Of a DNA stretch of 64,000 nt, positions 15,001-27,179 are shown in pieces. The translations under genes and the position numbers were made by a program. Within the stretch, counting starts at the first letter, position 1, and each line of letters starts with the position of its first letter. Origin of the DNA: Lytechinus pictus (Eukaryota); contig NC_087251.1 in NCBI RefSeq assembly GCF_037042905.1, positions 38,938,001 to 39,002,000 of the forward strand. The letters run 5' to 3'. Below the pieces are notes generated by a model. That model made no database searches. It was not told the origin of the DNA and was given only the letters and a program-made list of their open reading frames with translations.

Positions 15001-16450
15001 TTAGGATGCTAAAACATCCCAGGGAGCGAAGACGGCTGATTTAGGGGGGTTTCGGGGGAAATATTGAACAAATATTATTTTGCTCAATTTTGGCCAATTT
15101 TGCCCAATTTTCCATGTCGCGGGTGGGGCGAGGGGGTCGAAAATTCAAACTCCCTGGATCCTCTTGATTCTCGCTGTAATAATCGGTTAGGATGCTAAAA
15201 CATCCCAGGGAGCAAAGACGGCTGATTTGGGGGGGTTTCGGGGGAAATATTGAACAAATATTATTTTGCTCAATTTTGGCCAATTTTGTCAAATTTTCCA
15301 TGTCGCGGGTGGGGCGAGGGGGTCGAAAATTCAAACTCCCTGGATCCTCTTGATTCTCGCTGTAATAATCGTCGGTTAGGATGCTAAAACATCCCAGGGA
15401 GCAAAGACGGCTGATTTGGGGGGGGTTTCGGGGGAAATATTGAACAAATATTATTTTGCTCAATTTTGCCAAATTTTCCATGTCGCGGTTGGGGCGAGGG
15501 GGTCGAAAATTCAAAGTCCCTGGATCCTCTTGATTCTCGCTGTAATAATCGGTTAGGATGCTAAAACATCCCAGGGAGCAAAGACGGCTGATTTGGGGGG
15601 GTTTCGGGGGAAATATTGAACAAATATTATTTTGCTCAATTTTGCCCAATTTTCCATGTCGCGGTTGGGGCGAGGGGGTCGAAAATTCAAAGTCCCTGGA
15701 TCTTCTTGATTCTCGCTGTAATAATCGGTTAGGATGCTTAAACATTCCAGGGAGCGAAGACAGCTGATTTGGGGGGGTTTCGGGGGAAATATTGAACAAA
15801 TATTATTTTGCTCAATTTTGGCCAATTTTGCCCAATTTTCCATGTCGCGGGTGGGGCAATGGGGTCGAAAATTCAAACTCCCTGGATCCTCTTGATTCTC
15901 GCTGCAATAATCGGTTAGGATGCTAAAACATCCCAGGGAGCGAAGACGGCTGATTTGGGGGGGTTTCGGGGGAAATATTGAACAAATATTATTTTGCTCA
16001 ATTTTGCCCAATTTTGCCCAATTTTCCATGTCGCGGGTCGGGCGAGGGGTCGAAAATTCAAACTCCCTTGATCCTCTTGATTCTCGCTGTAATAATCGGT
16101 TAGGATGCTAAAACATCCCAGGGAAGCGAAGACGGCTGATTCGGGGGGGGGGGGTTTCGGGGGAAATATTGAACAAATATTATTTTGCTCAATTTTGGCC
16201 AATTTTGTCCAATTTTCCATGTCGCGGGTGGGGCGAGGGGGTCAAAAATTCAAACTCCCTGGATCCTCTTGATTCTCGCTGTAATAATCGGTTAGGATGC
16301 TAAAACATCCCAGGGAGCGAAGACGGCTGATTTTGGGGGGGGTTTCGGGGGCAATATTAAACAAAAATTATTTTGCTCAATTTTCGCCAATTTTGGCCAA
16401 TTTTCCATGTTGCGGGTGGGGCGAGGGGGTCGAAAATTCAAACTCCCTGC
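1..16450. repeat. Satellite DNA array, 186-bp monomer (about 89 copies in window; 177- and 185-bp variants), continues off the left edge
   Basis: Monomer ATCCTCTTGATTCTCGCTGTAATAATCGGTTAGGATGCTAAAACATCCCAGGGAGCAAAGACGGCTGATTTGGGGGGGTTTCGGGGGAAATATTGAACAAATATT...AAATTCAAACTCCCTGG recurs head-to-tail. The ORF track repeats a 62-aa unit. Most monomers carry a BamHI site (GGATCC). Confidence 0.99.
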
Positions 16451-16827
16451 GCCAAGGGTTAATAATATAAGACGTAAGTAAATAAACTAGACAACTTTGA
16501 GGTTAAGTGTGACTGTCTTTAATGACCATGGCCAAGAGACCAACACTAGATGGCGCGCTTACAATTTGCGGTTGCAACATCGAATCATCATAATACTAAT
16601 ACAACATACTGGTGTAACTGCCTTTTACTTTTCTCTACTCTTTTACAATATAATCTGAATAACAAAATCATGATGATTTGTAACTAGCTCACTATTAAAT
16701 AAAAGGGTTAGACCTCCGTTGGTGTAAGACTCTAATAAATATAGACACCAATGTATCATAACGAGTTGAATATTAAACTAATATATTAATACAACAAAGG
16801 TCACAATACAAATAACATCAAATGGCA

Positions 16828-17054
16828 CTGGATCTTCTTGATTCTCGCTGTAATAATCGGTTAAAACATCCCAGGGAGCAAAGACTGCTGATTTGGAGGG
16901 GGTGGGGGTTTCGGGGGCTATATTAAACAAAAATTATTGGCTCAATTTTGGCCAATTTGGCCAATTTTCCATGTCGCGGGTGGGGTGAGGGGGTCGAAAA
17001 TTCAAACTCCCAGGATCTTCTTGATTCTCGCTGTAATAATCGGTTAGGATGCTA
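16828..17054 (+). repeat. Detached, diverged satellite monomer (about 1.2 units)
   Basis: CTGGATCTTCTTGATTCTCGCTGTAATAATCGGTT...GGATGCTA matches the array monomer with indels; separated from the array by about 370 bp of unrelated DNA. Confidence 0.95.
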
Positions 17055-17571
17055 CATGTATCATTATTTGAAGTATTCATATATTGCGTTTGTAAATCAT
17101 TTTTCTAACATATTTTTCTAAGTTAAAAAATTTGAAGCCTAAATGAAACACTTGTACTCTCCTTGTAATATTGCACCCTAAGTGATAAAAGGTGAAATTG
17201 TCCTTATTATTGTTTGCACCCAGAAATGTTCGTTTGCACAATAAAAGGGGCAACATTTTACCTTTTAAGGTGTATAATACTTAAACATTAAAAATGTTCA
17301 AAAACAAATTAACTTTCATTACATGGTTCAAATCTGCACCCTATATGGTGCTTAATGTAGCTTATGTTACACCCATGAAGGTGCACAAATGAGCATTGCT
17401 CTCTCTAGCACCCCTTACTGTACCAACCCCTAAGGCTCAAATTTGAACCCTGATTCTTAGTGTGTTCATCAAACCATTTCAAGGTTGAATGACTAGACCT
17501 CATTCACAATGCACTCATGGATAGAATTCATTTTTACACAGTTCTTATAATAGCCAGTGAAACTGTACCAA

Positions 17572-18035
17572 GGTCTCACGCACGTAAAACATTCCCCATA
17601 GACTTGTGTGTTAAAATGGCACTTAACAAAAATTCATAAAAAATAAATGTGAAATTAGAGGGTCGAATGTTTACTACCTTTGGATAGGATATATATCTGA
17701 CATTCCATATCTGACCAGAGAAGGGTATCGTAGCCAGCTCATTTTAAAAATAAATCGCCATTTATGAAGATAACTATGATGGGATCAAATTCATCAACTG
17801 AAACAGTAAAATAGCCCCAATTCTTCCGCCAGTCAAAAAATAGTGCCAAATCATTGATATATCTTCCCAATTTGGGCAAAGGAAGTTCAGTAGTTACCAT
17901 TTCTAGAATCAGTGTTAGATTTTGAATCATATTCATACATTTTTGTCAATCAGCAATACCAAATTGAACAATTTCGAATGGGTTGGGTCGTACGAATATC
18001 TTTAGCCCTCCTGATGTAATTAGGCTCGTGGGACC
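17572..18035 (+). mobile_element. 464-bp non-autonomous TIR element (MITE), copy 1
   Basis: Imperfect TIR GGTCTCACGCACGTAA ... TTAGGCTCGTGGGACC; near-identical second copy 1456 bp downstream; flanks CCAA / TATA. Confidence 0.85.
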
Positions 18036-19027
18036 TATATTATATGACCTATGAATTTAATTTTTTTTAATAGCTTCTTTGCTATTCTTTTATATCTGTA
18101 CACTTACACTAGCACAAAGAAATGCGTTGAAAATGCTTATTTTCTATGCAATGACCCATTTTAATGTGCTACTCATACATGTTATATTCACTACATGGAT
18201 GTATACATATCCTTCCTGCATATAGCCCAACAGTGAATGCAATGACAATATAGGTCCCTATCAATTGTAATATAAAGGTGTATGTAAATTTGGTGTAGAT
18301 ATCAGGATACCAGAACTGCCCAAAACACAATTACCAGATATACATGAGATTGAATGAGGAAACAATAAAAGAATGAGAACATATTATATTACTTTAGTAC
18401 ATTTGCATTTGAACTATTATATCAAAAATCTTCCTAGGGCTATTGCCTATTAGATGTAAGAAGAAAGAGATACACAAATAGATAGAAAGAGGAGAGAGAA
18501 AGAAATATAATTTTATAGATGTCATGGCTTATAAAGAAGGGGGGGGCTAGCCTAAGATTGGATCACACAGCCACCCCCCCCCCCCTCCCTCCTTAGTTGA
18601 GCACTATTAGATACCTTACCTTACTCTGTGCCTTTTTCTAAATACCTTCTTGAAGGTACCACTCTAGTTCTCTTCAGTAAAGTTCAGAAAGTTCTATCTC
18701 TAGCTCTCTACCCCATTCCAAAAAACAATTTTAACATGAGCAATTTGTATAGGTCTAACATTAAGTAGGTGATCATACACTAGCACAAACCAATGATGAA
18801 TCAGAACATAAAGAGGCCTAGACTCTCATTGACCAGTCTATATGCATTCCTAGGCTTACATACACATACCTACTAACTTTACCTGATATAGCCTTGCTAA
18901 GCCATTAAATCCATTTTTTGCACCACTTGATGACTAAACATATTGATATCAGTTAGAAATTGTTTGCTTCTGAGGAGTTTTGGCAGGTATTTTATCCACT
19001 ATAGGGAATTCGCCTGTATTACTTATA

Positions 19028-19491
19028 GGTCTCACGCGCGTAAAACATTCCCCATAGACTTGTGTGTTAAAATGGCACTTAACAAAAATTCATAAAAAAT
19101 AAATGTGAAATTAGAGGGTCGAATGTTTACTACCTTTGGATAGGATATATATCTGACATTCCATATCTGACCAGAGAAGGGTATCATAGCCAGCTCATTT
19201 TAAAAATAAATCGCCATTTATGAAGATAACTATGATGGGATCAAATTCATCAACTGAAACAGTAAAATAGCCCCAATTCTTCCGGCAGTCAAAAAATAGT
19301 GCCAAATCATTGATATATCTTCCCAATTTGGGCAAAGGAAGTTCAGTAGTTACCATTTCTAGAATCAGTGTTAGATTTTGAATCATATTCATACATTTTT
19401 GTCAATCAGCAATATCAAATTGAAAAATTTCGAATGGGTTGGGTCGAACGAATATCTTTAGCCCTCCTGATGTAATTAGGCTCGTGGGACC
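19028..19491 (+). mobile_element. 464-bp non-autonomous TIR element (MITE), copy 2
   Basis: Direct repeat of 17572-18035 with about 6 substitutions seen by eye; flanks TATA / CCAA. Confidence 0.85.
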
Positions 19492-19901
19492 CCAAAAGTC
19501 CAACACCCCTGTCAAATATATTTGACAAAATCTGTAATGATAACAATATTTTTTAAAGAAGGGACTTCAGTTGTTGTTGTTGATACAAAATGTACATATG
19601 AATTCATTCTCATCTTTTTTTTTTTTTTTTTTTTTTTTATCTAAATATGTTTACTGTTGATATTCACATTTTCATTTATCTTCTGTACATCTGTTATTCT
19701 AATGTGGTTTATTGTATCTAAATTATACGTTAATGTTATATGTTATGGACCCCACGGAAGACCAGCGCTACTGTGCCAGTCACGCTGAATGTGGGCTATC
19801 CACCGTATTTTATTGTATATAATTGTGCTTTTTAATACGGAAATAAATACTACTACTACTACTGTTACTATGGAAAAATTTGGTATTCACTTTTCTAACA
19901 G

Positions 19902-20046
19902 GTGAACCACACAAACGGTGAGAAGAGGTAGAAAGAAAGAGGGGGACAGCAACTGGAAGGAGATGGAAGTCCAGACACTCTGCCACTGTGTGCCATTGAA
20001 CAAGAAATCTCTCTTTGGATAAGGGGGTCAAGCTTCTAGTATGAAG
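19902..20046 (+). other. Possible non-coding exon (lncRNA or UTR)
   Basis: Acceptor TTCACTTTTCTAACAG and consensus donor AAG|GTGAGT bound a 145-nt, less AT-rich segment with stops in all three frames. Confidence 0.35.
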
Positions 20047-20120
20047 GTGAGTTTGTATATAAAGTTGTATTTATTGAACATTCTACTTGTAAATACAAGT
20101 ATACTGTAGGGTAATATTTA

Positions 20121-20880
20121 TTTTTGTCTCACCTGCATAGCAGAGTGAGACTATAGGCGCCGCTTTTCCGACGGCGGCGGCGGCGTCAACACCAAATCTT
20201 ACCTGAGTTTAAGTTTTTGAAATGACAGCATAACTTAGAAAGTATATGGACCTAGTTCATGAAACTTGGCCATAATGTTAATCGAGTATTATTAAACATC
20301 CTGCCTGAGTTTCATGTCACATGACCAAGGTCAAAGGTCATTTAGGGTCAATGAACTTTGGCTGAATTGGGGGTATCTGTTGAATTACCATCATAACTTT
20401 AAAAGTTTATGGATCTGATTCATGAAACTTGGACATAATAGTAATCAAGTATTATTGAACATCCTGTGCAAGTTTCAGGTCACATGATCAAGGTCAAAGG
20501 TCATTTAGGGTCAATGAACTTTGGTCAAATTGGGGTATTTGTTGAATTACTGCCATAACTTTGAAAGTGTGTTGGTCTAGTTCATAAAACTTGGACACAA
20601 GACTAATAAAGTATCACTGAACATCCTGTGCGAGTTTCAGGTCACATGATCAAGATCAAAGGTCATGTAAGGTCAATGAACTTTGGCCACGTTGGGGGTA
20701 TTTGTTGAATTACCATCATATCTCTATAAGTGTATGGGTTTAGTTCATAAAACGTGGAAATAAGAGTAACCAAGTATCACTAAACATCTTGTGCGAGTTA
20801 TAGTAATTTTCAAAATCAGCACTGCTGCTATATTGAATCGCGTGATGCAGGTGAGACGGCCAGAGGCATTCCACTTGTTT
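20121..20880 (+). mobile_element. Helentron-associated (HINE/DINE-1/pearl-like) non-autonomous element, family A copy 1
   Basis: Subterminal inverted repeats GTCTCACCTGCAT ... ATGCAGGTGAGAC, (GGC)n microsatellite, internal tandem units containing GGTCAAAGGTCA, T-rich insertion site. Confidence 0.8.
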
Positions 20881-21578
20881 TATTTATTTTACTCTTAAGA
20901 GCGGTTGTAAATGTGATGTACTGTTATATCTATTTAATTCATCCACATCTTGTAATAAATTCATCTTAAATTTACTCACAAAAATGGATAATATCAATCT
21001 CATGAATTTTTATAGAATGTCAAGTTTGAATTGACATCTGAGCCCTCTTAATATTTCAATCAATGACAATATAATTATGGAATGCATTCTCAAAAATATG
21101 TAAGAGCAAGAACAATGTAACTCGTCAAAATGAAAACAAAATCTAGGTAGACTATTGGATCCATACTATTGTAACAATTATTTTCCACTTAACTTTTGCA
21201 AGAGATTCAGATTCAGTTGATTTTATTTCTTATTAGAATATCAACAAAGAGACTAACAATGTGAGCTTACAAGCATAAACACAATATAAGTGCATTTAAG
21301 AATAAAATAGTAGTAGTAGAGATAGGTGGTAAGTTGGTAACATAAACATGACCTTGACCTCAATTTTGTGTTCATGTATTTTCCCCCCATTTCTTGTTCT
21401 TCCCCTCTTCTAAAGTTCTCTTATTTCCCCCACTACTAGAGGTGAGTCGCCTACCCTGCACCCTTGCCCTCCTTACACCACACATGAACATTTTCTCCAA
21501 TGATATGATTGAAATGAAATATATTTTCTGACTTCAATATACGGGTATCAAAAATAATATTCGGAGACTATTAACCCA

Positions 21579-22366
21579 TTTTTTGTCTCACCTGCATTGC
21601 AGAGTGAGACTATAGGCGCCGCTTTTCCGACGGCGGCGGCGGCAACACCAAATCTTAACCTGAGGTTAAGTTTTTGAAATGACAGCATAACTTAGAAAGT
21701 ATATAGACCTAGTTCATGAAACTTGGCCATAAGGTTAATCAAGTATTACTGAACATCCTGTGCAAGTTTCAGGTCACAGGATCAAGGTCAAAGGTCATTT
21801 AGGGTCAATGAACTTAGACCATGTTGGGGGAATCAACATCAAAATCTTAACCTAAGGTTAAGTTTTTGAAATGTCATCATAACTTAGAAAATATATAGAC
21901 CTAGTTCATGAAACTTATACATAAGGTTAATCAAGTATCACTGAACATACTGCATGAGTTTCACGTCACATGACCAAGGTCAAAGGTCATTTAGGGTCAA
22001 TGAACTTTGGCCGAATTGGGGGTATCTGTTGAATTACCATCATAACTTTGAAAGTTTATGGATCTGATTCATGAAACTTGGACATAATAGTAATCAAGTA
22101 TTACTGAACATCCTGTGCAAGTTTCAGGTCACATGATCAAGGTCAAAGGTCATGTAAGGTCAAAGAACTTTGGCCACGTTTGGGGTATTTGTTGAATTGC
22201 CATCATATCTCTATAAGTGTATGGGTTTAGTTCATAAAACGTGGAAATAAGAGTAACCAAGTATCACTGAACATCTTGTGCGAGTTATAGTAGTTTTTAA
22301 AATCAGCACTGCTGCTATATTGAATCGCGTGATGCAGGTGAGACAGCCAGAGGCATTCCACTTGTT
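21579..22366 (+). mobile_element. HINE-like element, family A copy 2
   Basis: Same termini and internal units as 20121-20880, with a different internal unit arrangement. Confidence 0.8.
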
Positions 22367-24194
22367 TTAATTTCACATTCTATCTTTTTTTTAATTTAAG
22401 CCCGTGATTGCAACATCATAAGGCTCTTCCATAAATCATACATACTGTACATGAATGTGAACACTCTGCTATTATCAAGTTGAGCTGCTAACGTGGTTTG
22501 CACTGATTCTTCTTATTTCAGATTGTTCAAGAGTCAAGACTTTTGAAGACGTGACGCCATGGACCTGGTTGCACCTGGCAAGGGAACTATATGACCATGA
22601 TGACTGTTCACTGACTTAAGTATTCTCTAAACGCTTTGTAAAATTAACAAAAGTACTCATTTTCATTTTTCAAAGATAATAATCATTATATTGATATTGT
22701 GGATACCTTTTTATGATTTTTATCATAAAATTATTATAATGATAATGATGATAAGTCATAATACAAAGGAACAATAAGTAGAAAAGAAGGCGACAAAGAA
22801 GGAAGAGGAGAAGAAGATTATGAAGAAATAGAAGAGGAGGGGTGGAAGAGGAGAAAAGGAGAATAAGAATAAATTACATCACTGTGAGTTCCTCTTCATG
22901 AAATCTTACAGAAATCTTTCTCATTTAAATGGAAATATTTATTAAGCATACAAATGCGATATAGTTATTCATGTTTTTTTTTAATGTATTATGTGTCATG
23001 TTTGTAGTTGTACACTTGATTTAGGTATTGTATTCATTTAGGATATGAATAATATATTTCATTTGAATCGACACTGTAAAAAAAAATAGTTGAAATGACT
23101 GTATAAAATTGTGGCAAAAAATTACTTAAATTTTTTCCAGTATTTATGAGTTTGGCAGTTTTAAGTAAAATTTACTTTTTTTTCTTTGCATCCATTTTTA
23201 CTCAAGAAAATTAAGTTACAATGTAAAACAATCACTAAAATATTTGAAAAAATCAAATGGGGGAGTGGACTTTCGTGATTAAAAAGTCCGCTCCCCCCAT
23301 CGTCCCACTTTTAGTGGCATCATTTTCATCTTAGACATCTTTTATCCAAATATTAGACTTTGTGCATTGTCACTTACCTGTACATGTATAGGTACTGACA
23401 GATATTTATACGCGATCGTTTCATTCTTACAAATAAAACAATGAGAATAATATAAGCATTTTCCGAAAACCTAAAAAGAAATCTGAAATTTTCTGCTAAA
23501 TTTAATGTTGCTCAATCTTTAATTCAACAAAAGAATAAAATGCACACCCTTATCCAAAACAATTTCAAACACAAATAGATAGGCCTATGACAGTAAAAAA
23601 AAATGACTTGCTCTAATGAATATTCATGCATTATTTCAATAAGGCGTTAATTGAAAATATAAGTACATTCAACATGATTTTATAAGTAATAATCATCTTT
23701 GCCTAATTAAGTTAAATTCAATCAATTGAAGCAAGCTAGCAGTACGTGAATTTTCTTAAATGTATATTGAACCCAAATAAATCAAGTAAATTAAAAGACA
23801 AGTTGAAACTACTTTAAAAAAGCAAAAAATAATTATGAATTATAATTTTTTCTTATATTTTATACATTAAGTGTTAACAACTGATTAAGAAATATTTTTG
23901 TATGTGTATGTACCTCTTTTAATCATGTTTATACAGTCATGATTAAAGGACATGGGACAGGTGAAAAGATTATATTGTTTTACAAATTTTGGTGTGTATT
24001 TATTTTAAAAGTAATAAATTTACACAAAATGTCATTCTTTTTGCTTCATCTCTTTGTTTTGTTGCTTTCAATGAATCGGGAGGAAGAGGGGTGGGGTTAA
24101 AATATGATTTGCCCCTCAGAACACACGTTTCCCTACTAGAAATAGTAATTAATATTTGTAGAAAATTGTAGGATTATTTTTTTATAAACTCTGA

Positions 24195-24930
24195 ACCCAG
24201 GTAAAAAAAAACAGTTGAAACCAGTTGAAATTTTAACTGGTTTCAACTGGATTTAACTGGGACCAGTTGAAACCAATTGGCACAACTGGTAAACTCCCAT
24301 CATACCAGTATATTCCAGTTGAAACCAATTGTCCCAACTGGACATGCTGAAAACATACAAGTTGATTCCAGTTGAAACCAATTAACTATACTGGTATAAA
24401 TTAGTACACCAGTTAATACCAGTTAAAACCAATAGGCCTTGCTGGTTTATCTACCAATATATTCCAGTTTAAAACCCATAAGCCAAACTGGACCATTTGA
24501 TGCCAGTTGGAACCCATAGAAACTCAATGGGTGCATATACCAGTTAATGCCATCTTAAACCCATTAACCATACTGGTATATCATTTAACCAATTGATACC
24601 AGTTAGAACCAATAGGCCTTACTGATATATCTACCAGTTGATTCCAGTAAACACCCATAAACCAAACTGGACCAGAATGTACCAGTTGAAACCATAGACC
24701 TCCCATATCCACTTGAAACCCATTAACCATACTGGAATATCAAACCAATTGATACCAGCTAAAACCAATAGGCCTTACTGATATATCAACCAGCTGATTC
24801 CAGTTAAAACCCATAAACCAATATGGAACAGATTATGCCAGTTGAAACCCATAGACCTCCCATAACCCACTTAAAAAACCCATTAACCATACTGGAATAT
24901 CAAACCAATTGATACCAGTTAAAACCAATA
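24195..24930. repeat. Degenerate tandem repeat built on CCAGTTGAAACCAAT / AACTGG motifs (probably the interior of a truncated DNA transposon)
   Basis: Dozens of CCAGTT/AACTGG motifs; longer sub-blocks recur (e.g. GAAACC(C)ATAGACCTCCCAT twice); begins ACCCAGGTAAAAAAAA. Confidence 0.75.
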
Positions 24931-25626
24931 GTTGTCCCATGAATTGTCAAATTAGAAAAATAATTGATTGAGATGAAGATTTGAATTAGCAAGGGCGAGA
25001 AATGAAAAGGAAATATCATGAAAAAATTTGAAAGATCCAGATATGCAAAAATTACACTGTATAAGGAATAATGAGAGAAAGAGAGAGAGAGAGGCGAGGT
25101 GAATTAGAATGGGAGAAGGGAGAGGAAAAAAGTAGAAATGTGAAGAAGTCATTAACAGAGGTAAAGAGATGTATAGAGAATTAAAGAGATAAATTTCGAG
25201 AATGATAGTGGGCCAACCTCAGAGGGTGGAAGATAATGAAATGGAAAAATATGATAAAGCATTTTTTGGGGAGGGGGTTGGTTACATTTGATGAGAGATA
25301 GAAAGAAAATGGCCAGGTGCTTAAAGATGAAAAAAATATAAATGATGGGTGACAGAGGCATGGATCAAGGGATACAGGTGGCATGAATGTGTCCCAATTT
25401 AGGCACAAAGCTGTGATGAGTAGTGGCCCCTCATATGCACTCCTCTTGAAATTTGGACAATAAGTGGGCATTTTTTTTAAAGTGCCCCCCCCCCCCCATC
25501 GCCCCATCTTGGCCAGTTTTGGGCAAGGAAAACCGTATCTCTTTTATTTTTTTCTTAGCAAAAAACAATAAACCAAACCATCGGATTAGACCATTGTTCT
25601 GAAGTGAGGAACATTTTATTTAGGCC

Positions 25627-25629
25627 TAT

Positions 25630-25700
<71 letters not shown>

Positions 25701-25741
25701 TTCATTCATTCATTCATTCATTCATTCATTCATTCATTCAT

Positions 25742-25788
<47 letters not shown>

Positions 25789-25804
25789 TTCATTTATTTA
25801 TTTA
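25627..25804. repeat. Compound microsatellite (TATT)n-(CATT)n-(TATT)n
   Basis: Directly visible. Confidence 0.99.
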
Positions 25805-26151
25805 TATTTTATGTCAAATATTTTCTTGACGAAATTGCCCCACTGTGCTTCCAAATGTGTAACCCTCGCCCAAACTGCTCAGGCAAGACGGTTCCATGAC
25901 ACGCTTATAAAATAGACAACTGAAATTATATAGAATTAAAAAAATAATGAATAAATTATTACAGGGATATATGCATAGTTGTCAATCGGAGTTAATGGTT
26001 TGGGGATGACTGATATAAATATTGTTCTCTGCAAAGGAGTTTTCTTTTAGTCTAAAGGGGTGGCTTCAGGAATTTAAATTTTTATAGGGCAGACATGGTG
26101 TAAAGGGCAAAATTTAAAAAAACTGCGAGCAAGCAAAATTTTGGGGTAACT

Positions 26152-26560
26152 TAAACTAGAACTATCAATGAAGGTGATTAATACCCCTGCCCTACGCCGT
26201 TATCATGGCAACAGTTTCCAACACATGGAAAAAATATATTTATTGCCCATCTTTACCCAAGACCTACATGTATGTGTGATCAAGTCATGAGAATTGCTGA
26301 TGAAGTAGTTTGAACCTCAAGATTTTTGCCTAATTTTGGACATATTGTATAATGTTACCATGGCAACACGATTTCCGACACATGCAAAAATATGTCTTGT
26401 ACATCTTTACCTCGAGGCAAATGTGTGAGCAAAATTTCATGAGAATTGGTTGAAAACTAATCAAGTAGTTGGAACCAATAGATTTTTACCTAATTTGGGG
26501 CCTATAATATGTTGTAACCATGGCAACACAATTTTCGACACACAAAATATGTTTTGGAGC
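26152..26560 (-). mobile_element. Degenerate HINE-like element with about 150-bp internal repeats
   Basis: Starts AAACTAGA (reverse complement TCTAGTT, Helentron-like 3' end); three repeats of CATGGCAACA...(C)ACACA. Confidence 0.4.
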
Positions 26561-27179
26561 TAGGGGGAATATCCAACTTCCAACATCAACGCCAACACCG
26601 GACTTGAAATCAGCCAATGTGTGTAGCAAACTTCTTGTTTAATCACATCTGAATTAAGCACAAAAGGGGCGATTCTAGACTGAAAGTCAGAGTTATTAGC
26701 ATTATTTTGGGAGGGAGGGGTGGTGCTTGTAAAATACGTGACGTTGATATTTAAATTATGATATTATTCTAAGGAAAATGTCCTATCCTCAACGAAGTAA
26801 ACACATTAACTATTAAGCTTAGGCCTAGTTTTGGTTATAAAAATAAGGGAATATTTATGATTGTTAGTTTTTCAAATATTGAAAGAATACATCATACGCT
26901 ATCCAATGACACAAAAATTGCATAATAAAAAAAAAATAATCGTGAAATTACCCTTAAGTCACTTCTTGCGGAAAGCCGCCGCTTATGTCTTGATTTTAAT
27001 CACAACATAAATTTATGTCATTCAAATGGATTTATGTCATGATTTTATAGCGTGATTTATGCTGTATGACATAAATCGTGACATAAATCATGACATAAAT
27101 CAATACATAAACTTTTATGCAACAGGGCCCAGGTTTGTTTTAATTTACACACAAGATATCAAGATAAGCCATAAAAACT

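Noticed and set aside
81..16220. Dozens of ORFs up to 331 aa with a repeating 62-aa unit (NFRPPRPTRDMENWAKLAKIEQNNICSIFPPKPPQISRLCSLGCFSILTDYYSENQEDPGSL)
   Set aside because: The monomer length is divisible by 3 and one frame happens to lack stops. Frequent 1-bp indels, TAA-creating variants and an inversion break the frame, and there is no recognisable domain or gene structure.
17739..19392. Duplicated 65-aa ORFs as a small gene pair
   Set aside because: They lie inside the two MITE copies and have no domain or splice support.
17572..19491. LTR retrotransposon / TRIM
   Set aside because: The direct repeats end GGTC...GACC rather than TG...CA, have their own TIRs, and no PBS or PPT is evident.
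19620..19850. Possible 3' fragment of an old L2/CR1 LINE (also near 21205-21300 and 52530-52605)
   Set aside because: Only vague tail-like similarity; not supportable without a repeat-library search.
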